A stretch of DNA of 64,000 nucleotides, taken from NCBI GenBank assembly GCA_049516875.1, contig JBEKSS010000011.1, forward strand, positions 32,001-96,000. The letters are read 5' to 3'. This document shows, piece after piece, positions 57,873-64,000 of this stretch. Under the pieces are notes generated by a model, which saw nothing but the letters and a program-made list of their open reading frames with translations, was not told the origin of the DNA and made no database searches. A program made the position numbers and the translations under genes. Each line of letters begins with the position of its first letter. The stretch's first letter is position 1. This stretch comes from Candidatus Bathyarchaeia archaeon. GTDB lineage: Archaea > Thermoproteota > Bathyarchaeia > Bathyarchaeales > Bathycorpusculaceae.

Positions 57873-59636
57873 TTGAGGTACAGCGTAATTGCCGACGCTT
57901 ATGAAAAGATTGAAGCCACTAGTAAGAGGCTTGAAATGACAGACTTGCTGGTTGATCTTCTCAGGAACACGCCGAAAGAACTCATAGGCAGAGTTGCTTA
58001 TTTGACTCAGGGCCGAATACATCCTGATTTCTTAGGTATTGAAATTGGCGTAGCTGAAAAACTGGCGATAAAAGCTCTCGCAAGAACTTGTGGAAGAAGA
58101 GAAGTTGACGTTGAAGAAGACCTCAAGCATACCGGGGACATAGGTGAAACTGCTCAAAAACTCATAGGCAGCAAGAGACAGGTGACGTTCTTCCAGGAGC
58201 CGTTAACAGTTCAAAGGGTCTATGAGACACTCGAGAAAATGGCCAGAACTTCAGGGTCGGGCGCTGTTGACCTTAAGCTTTCGCTCCTAGCTGGGCTTCT
58301 GGCTGCGGCAACTCCGAAAGAAGCCAAGTACATTATGAGAAACGTTACGGGCAATCTGCGTTTGGGCATAGCTGACATGACGGTTCTGGACGCGTTAGCT
58401 ATAGCATACGGAGGAGGTAAGGAAACGCGTGAACTTGTCGAACGGGCTTACAACATCTGCTCAGACCTTGGAAGAGTCGCTGAAACCATCGCTCGGCGAG
58501 GGATTGAAGGAATCAAAGGATTCCGAGTGTCCATCAATGAGCCTATAAGGCCGATGTTGGCTGAAAGACTTTCCTCTCCTGAAGAAATTCTAGAAAAACT
58601 GGGCGGAAAGTGCGTGGCTGAGTACAAGTATGATGGTGAACGCCTTCAAGCGCACAAACAAGGTGAGAAAATAACGCTTTATTCTAGGCGTTTGGAGAGT
58701 ATTTCAAGCCAATACCCTGATGCTATTGAACTATTCAAGAAGCATGTTAAGGCAAAAGAGGCTATTCTTGAGTGTGAATGTGTGGCTGTTGATCCTGACA
58801 CGGGTGAGATGCGTCCGTTTCAGGAGCTTATGCATCGGAGACGCAAGTATGGAATCGAAAAGGCCATCGAGGATTATCCTGTTTCGCTGTTCATGTTTGA
58901 AGCACTTTACGTTGATGGGAAGGATTTGACGTTGGAGCCTTATCCGGCAAGAAGGAAAATGCTTGAAAAGGTCGTTGAAAGAAGCGACAGGACCAAAGTA
59001 GCCGATTGCCTAATCACGAAGGATGCGGGTGAGCTTGAAAAGTTCTTTCTAGAAGCGATAGAGAATGGCTGTGAAGGTCTGGTCTGTAAGTCAATCGCCA
59101 AGGACTCGGTGTACCAGGCCGGAGCACGCGGTTGGCTTTGGATAAAATATAAACGCGACTACAAGAGCGAGATGACTGACACGGTTGACTTGGTCACAGT
59201 CGGCGCTTTCCATGGACGAGGAAAGAGGGCTGGGGCTTACGGTGCTCTGCTGCTCGCGGCCTACAATCCAGAAAACGACACTTTTGAAACCGTTACTAAG
59301 TGTGGAACAGGCTTCACCGATGAAGATCTTGCTAAGCTTCCCAAGATGCTACAGAACCACGTTGTTGCGCACAAGCATCCGCGAATTAATTCAACACTTG
59401 AGGCCGATGTCTGGTTTGAACCAAGTTTGACTATCGAAATCTTGGGTGCAGAAATTACACTGAGTCCAATTCACACATGTGCTATGGACTCCGTTCGGAA
59501 AGGAAGCGGACTCGCTATCAGGTTTCCGAGATTCACTGGCAACTACCGTCCAGACAAAGCACCCGAGGACGCAACAACTTCTGGAGAAATACTAGAAATG
59601 TATCGCAATCAACTCAAAAAGATCAGCGAAACTTGA
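57873..59636 (+). CDS. lig: ATP-dependent DNA ligase
   Basis: EYKYDGER, EGLVCK, WIKYKRDY, RFPRF. Confidence 0.97.
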   Translation: MRYSVIADAYEKIEATSKRLEMTDLLVDLLRNTPKELIGRVAYLTQGRIHPDFLGIEIGVAEKLAIKALARTCGRREVDVEEDLKHTGDIGETAQKLIGSKRQVTFFQEPLTVQRVYETLEKMARTSGSGAVDLKLSLLAGLLAAATPKEAKYIMRNVTGNLRLGIADMTVLDALAIAYGGGKETRELVERAYNICSDLGRVAETIARRGIEGIKGFRVSINEPIRPMLAERLSSPEEILEKLGGKCVAEYKYDGERLQAHKQGEKITLYSRRLESISSQYPDAIELFKKHVKAKEAILECECVAVDPDTGEMRPFQELMHRRRKYGIEKAIEDYPVSLFMFEALYVDGKDLTLEPYPARRKMLEKVVERSDRTKVADCLITKDAGELEKFFLEAIENGCEGLVCKSIAKDSVYQAGARGWLWIKYKRDYKSEMTDTVDLVTVGAFHGRGKRAGAYGALLLAAYNPENDTFETVTKCGTGFTDEDLAKLPKMLQNHVVAHKHPRINSTLEADVWFEPSLTIEILGAEITLSPIHTCAMDSVRKGSGLAIRFPRFTGNYRPDKAPEDATTSGEILEMYRNQLKKISET

Positions 59637-59656
59637 CCAAGGAAGGACACAGTTCA

Positions 59657-59917
59657 CTATTTCGCTGAATCCCTTAATGTTTGGGTAATCGACTTCAGAA
59701 TATCTTCTTGGGACAGTCCAGCACTCAATCCGTTTGCTTTCGCTTTTCTGTTTGGTGGGTAGCAGCCATAGTATTCCAAGAACCTTCTCACAGCGTCTTT
59801 TATGAACTCCGAACGGCTTGAATATGCACATCCTTCGTTGTCTATTATTTCGTCAACCATCCTTGCCAGAACAGTAGGTATATGGACTGTAGTGTATTTC
59901 TCCTTGTTAACTACCAT
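59657..59917 (-). CDS. CopG/RHH transcriptional regulator
   Basis: YTTVHIP...YSSRSEFIKDAVRRFL. Confidence 0.85.
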   Translation of the reverse strand: MVVNKEKYTTVHIPTVLARMVDEIIDNEGCAYSSRSEFIKDAVRRFLEYYGCYPPNRKAKANGLSAGLSQEDILKSITQTLRDSAK

Positions 59918-61430
59918 ACTTTCTCATATCCCAAGCAGGTACCAGTTGAAGATATATGTAACTGAAAAATGCTATATAAGAATTGCCCATTGTGTAGAGA
60001 CAAATCTGAATCAAATACAACATATTTACCGTATCAGTCTGATACAGCAAAGTGACAGAGTCCTATGAATTATCGGAACTGACTTTCAAGAAACACATTC
60101 AATCAGGCTGATTCTGGATGAACACAAATCAAAAGGAAAGGGGGCAGGAAGATGAGCAAGGGAGAAAGGGTAAGTTTTCAGAGAGGTACCTGCTAGGGAT
60201 ACTGCTCGCTGCACCTACTCGGGATCCTCAAACACCTTCCTGCTTCCCTTGGGTTATGTTTGTTTTCTTAGGATATAAAGTTTATCAATGTATGACCTAT
60301 GCATAGCTAGTATGTGGGCCAACTGTAAGTCCACCGGGATAACGTTGGTATTAACCATGCGACAGGGATAAACACTGAGAAAGTTGCTTGGTTGTAGAAA
60401 AACACAGGAAAATGGCGTTGTTTAGGTGTAAAGGTATTGGACCACCAGTTTCTTGCATGAATCCAGCCATTAACCTTGTATGTGAAGATGCGCCACACAC
60501 ATAAGTATTCTTCGGAAATAGGAAACAGGAAATAGAGAAAGAAGAACCTACCTGTGTGGCACACCTGATTTATCATACGATACGAACGGATTAAAACCTT
60601 CCTTAAGAATGTCTTCTTCAATCGCATCAAGCAATGCCGGCGCCGCAACCATGAGTTTCAAAACCTTCAAAACCGTCAGAAACGATGCAGGGCGGTTTAG
60701 GTGACACTGATAGAGAGGTATTCAGAATTGTTCTTTCTTCCAAATATCGTGTTGGCATCGACTCTGGCAGTAGGTGTTTCGCTTGTAGATCCGGTTCTCT
60801 GTCCATCAGGGGTTGCGCGCGAGTAAGAGGTAACGTTACTGCTAGCGTTATCCTCGGCTGGCTGGATTTCATTGTGATGTATCTTGCGTTCTTTTCAGGT
60901 GGATTTAATTTTTTGGCAGAAACTGGCCAAGTTTACTGCTCCAGGCGCAATAGTTGCCGCCATCGTTGCTGTCCTCTGCTTCTCAAGAGTTGTCACAATC
61001 TGCTCCAGCAGAGAGTGCATCTGTTCTTAAGAGCCCGGCGTTGAGGAAGGAGATGGATGTTTCGTTCGGGGCACCCTCTAGAAGATAGCTCCATGAAGCA
61101 TTTTGATGCAAATGAACTAACAGTCTTCTCTAATTTCAGGAATGGCGGGTCCCTCATTTGCGACAATAGGAGAAAGGAGAAGTAAAGGAAAACTGAGCTT
61201 CGCCCGCCTTCCTTGTCACTAGTTATTTTCTAGGTGTATTTTAGCGTTAACCTGCAAGAATATGGAACAGCGTCCTTTTTCGCTTCAATTCCAGACGTGT
61301 TTTTTGACGTTGTCATGTATAACTCACGCTCTCAAAGCTTTGTTCCTAGATGATATCATGTATAGCAAGGGGTTCAAGTTTCTGCTCGGTTTGGCGTATC
61401 CTGCGTTTTTAGAAGTCGCTGGCTACAGAA

Positions 61431-64000
61431 CTATTCGTGTTCGCGAAAGTAGGCGACGGCCAGGGCTATGTCTTTCATGTCGACTACGCCGTCGTCGTTG
61501 ATGTCTGCGTTGGGCTTCCAGTTCAGCGAACTCGGCTTGGTGTTGAACAAACTTATCAAGTAGGCTATGTCTTTCATGTCGACAATTCCGTCGCAAACGC
61601 CTGGCATTGTGCCGGACACGTCGCCTGGAACGCCCACGTGAACTGGGGTGTCGGAAACGTAGGAGTTGTTTGTTGTGTCGTTTTCTCCTTGAACAGGCGA
61701 AGCGTACGCGTTTATGGTGTAGTTGCCGTAAGCAAAGCCGGTGGTGTTCCACGTGGAGGCGGCGGTTGTGGACTTTCCGCTTGTCAAGATAGTGTTCTCG
61801 AACGTGGCGATGATGGTCTGGTTAGCGTAGAGTGTGATGTTGAAGGTTTCTGTATAGTTGCCTTGGTTTGTAACCGTCACATTTATGATCGTTGAAAATC
61901 CTCGTCCGACGATGTTTTTGACAGTAGTTAGGTTGGTTATGGCTATGTCGTGCATCGGGGATGATGATGTGTAGTGGGCTGTTGCCGTGCGAGCAGTGTT
62001 CATGCTGACCGTGATTGGGTTAATTTCGCTGCCCTGCGGTGCGCCGTCTACATCCCAGTAGCTGAACTGGAAGTTTTGAACTGTTGAGGCAGTTAGTGTT
62101 ACGGGTGCTGCTTCGTCGTACCAGCCTTCTCCAGGAATTGTTGCAATGCCAGTTGGATCCGTTCTTACTGTTAGGTGGTATTGGGTCTTGTAGTTTCCAG
62201 CTATGGCCGTGGGCGCAGAAACCGTGATTGGGGAGACAGGTCCTGTGACGCTGTCAAGCCTGAACCTCTTACCTAAGACGGTGCTTGAGACCGGGGAATT
62301 ATAAGAGTAGGTGACTGAAGAGCCGCTGTCAACCCATAAGGTGAAGGGGAGATCACCGAAAGCTTTCGCATTACCATTAACAGTCACAAGGGTGCTAGTG
62401 GCGTCTGAGGAAAGCCCGGTTTGAGTGAAAAGCACTGTGTATTGTGTTATGTAATGTGCTGTTGCAGTATGATGAACGTCCATGTGAACAGTGATCGGGT
62501 TGACCCCGCTGCCCTGTGAAATTCCATCAACGTCCCAGTAACTAAACCGGTAGTGAGTGTTAGATGAATCAACAGATGCTGGAGCGGTCAGCACAGCATT
62601 AGTGGCCAGAATGTACCAGCCTCCGCCAGGGATTGATGCGACGCCTGCTGGTTCTGTTTGAACACTCAAAGAGTTTATGACCCAAGACGATCCATCGTAG
62701 GTTCCGAGGGGACTCATCTCTATTTCTATTTGAAAAACGAAGGATGGAGGCAGGTTAAACGCAAAGTTTCCGTTCGCGTCTGTCAGGGTGTACATGGTCT
62801 GTCCGTTTGAATTGACTTTCAGATAGACTGGTTGGAGCAGTGATCCGCCTATGACCGTCAATTTGCCCGTTATCGTGCCACCATTCAGGTTGGCGTCAAT
62901 CTGTGTTTGGTAACCCCGCGTAGCTGCGGGATCCGTCGTGTACCGGATCTTGTTGCCGTTTCCATCTGATGCCTCAATAATCAGAGATAGTTTCTGGGTC
63001 CCCGTGGGAAGTGTCAAGTCTGCGGAGAAGGCATTGTTACCAAGGTTTGTCAGGCTGGAGGTGATGTATGGGCCACTGTTTGTAGAGTACGATAGGGAAA
63101 CGTTGCTGATTCCATCGTTGTCGGCCAGTTGTATTTTCACGTGATGCTCATTGTTCGTGAAGCATGGGTCACAGTCTATTCTTGTTATTGAGGGTGGGAT
63201 GAGGTCTGTGCTCGTGCTCGTGTAGTTTATCGTGTATTCAGCAGTGTTTTGTGAGCTGTAGTTGAAGCTTGTTCCGGTATTGACCACGAAGGTGTACAGG
63301 CCGGGGCCGTTGGAACTCAGGAATTGAGTGATTGGGATTGGAGCTTGCGCCCAGAGTGGTGTGCTACTTGATATGAGGTAGCCGTTCTTGAAGACTTGAA
63401 GTGTTTTCGTGGCTCCCGCGGCAGACTTGGCTATGAACAGGTTTTGCTCTACACGCAGGGGATAGTATGGGATGTACAGTCCGTTTCCAACATATGGAGG
63501 ACTGTTCACAACGTCCTGGGGCAGGAGCGGCGTTTTTCCCATGCTGTATGAAGCGTTCTCGCCTTGGGTTATCGGCTGGAAATGTCTGTCTATCACGAAG
63601 TACTCCGGATCCGCATAGGGATAAGTCGTCATTGTGTATATGCAAGACCATTCCAGGTCTGAATAGTTTTCAGACTGCTGCTGCTTGTAATGATACGGGA
63701 GTATGTGAGCCTTCCAGTTGATCCCTGGGTGTGTCGGTGTGCCGTACCAGACTCCTGTCTGCCACAACCCTGCTATCTGGTTGAACCACATCTCGCAGAC
63801 TGCTGTGGATTTTGGCATTAGGTTTTCAATGCCGAAAGTTGCCAGCTCAGAGTTTGCGTAGCTTAGGCTGGTCAAACTGCCCAGCCCGAAGTTGCTGATG
63901 TCCCAGCCGATGAAGTACGCGTCAACGTCCGAAGTCAGGACGCCTCCTTTTGACCAAGAGACATCGTCTGCCGACAAGCCGGTGAAACCGAAAAAGCCTG
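61431..64000 (-). CDS. Large surface protein (Ig-like repeats, CARDB, dockerin-like tail); 5' end outside the window
   Basis: Repeated PGxGWY...FSYWDVDG units; HDIAITN CARDB; DGIVDMKDIA / DINDDGVVDMKDIA. Confidence 0.85.
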   Translation of the reverse strand, partial: GFFGFTGLSADDVSWSKGGVLTSDVDAYFIGWDISNFGLGSLTSLSYANSELATFGIENLMPKSTAVCEMWFNQIAGLWQTGVWYGTPTHPGINWKAHILPYHYKQQQSENYSDLEWSCIYTMTTYPYADPEYFVIDRHFQPITQGENASYSMGKTPLLPQDVVNSPPYVGNGLYIPYYPLRVEQNLFIAKSAAGATKTLQVFKNGYLISSSTPLWAQAPIPITQFLSSNGPGLYTFVVNTGTSFNYSSQNTAEYTINYTSTSTDLIPPSITRIDCDPCFTNNEHHVKIQLADNDGISNVSLSYSTNSGPYITSSLTNLGNNAFSADLTLPTGTQKLSLIIEASDGNGNKIRYTTDPAATRGYQTQIDANLNGGTITGKLTVIGGSLLQPVYLKVNSNGQTMYTLTDANGNFAFNLPPSFVFQIEIEMSPLGTYDGSSWVINSLSVQTEPAGVASIPGGGWYILATNAVLTAPASVDSSNTHYRFSYWDVDGISQGSGVNPITVHMDVHHTATAHYITQYTVLFTQTGLSSDATSTLVTVNGNAKAFGDLPFTLWVDSGSSVTYSYNSPVSSTVLGKRFRLDSVTGPVSPITVSAPTAIAGNYKTQYHLTVRTDPTGIATIPGEGWYDEAAPVTLTASTVQNFQFSYWDVDGAPQGSEINPITVSMNTARTATAHYTSSSPMHDIAITNLTTVKNIVGRGFSTIINVTVTNQGNYTETFNITLYANQTIIATFENTILTSGKSTTAASTWNTTGFAYGNYTINAYASPVQGENDTTNNSYVSDTPVHVGVPGDVSGTMPGVCDGIVDMKDIAYLISLFNTKPSSLNWKPNADINDDGVVDMKDIALAVAYFREHE

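Overview
Archaeal chromosome segment, most consistent with Bathyarchaeia (inferred from egsA, psmB-aCPSF1, Sm-rpl37e, rps10, mre11-rad50, ATP-dependent ligase, an eL22-like ribosomal protein and many dockerin-tailed surface proteins). Main contents: (1) a ~16.5 kb gas vesicle island (25.8-41.9 kb) with gvpA/C-like/N/O/F/G/J/K/L/M-like genes. It carries its own chaperone set (a GvpF/L protein fused to an HPD J-domain, an adjacent divergent DnaK, a CDC48, three Hsp20-domain proteins), two GvpE-like PadR regulators, and a 17-bp palindromic site at identical spacing in three gvp promoters. (2) Six secreted proteins ending in a dockerin-like module, including an orphan peptide ABC substrate-binding protein and a cohesin+dockerin protein. 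(3) Accessory regions where small orphan genes and truncated gene fragments are repeatedly bounded by (GC)4-5 tracts. (4) A tRNA-Gln(UUG) with an intron at 10/11, a box C/D guide RNA predicted to target 16S C1402, a dispersed ~190-bp non-coding repeat, two candidate structured RNAs and proviral remnants. All calls come from reading the sequence; no database search was run.
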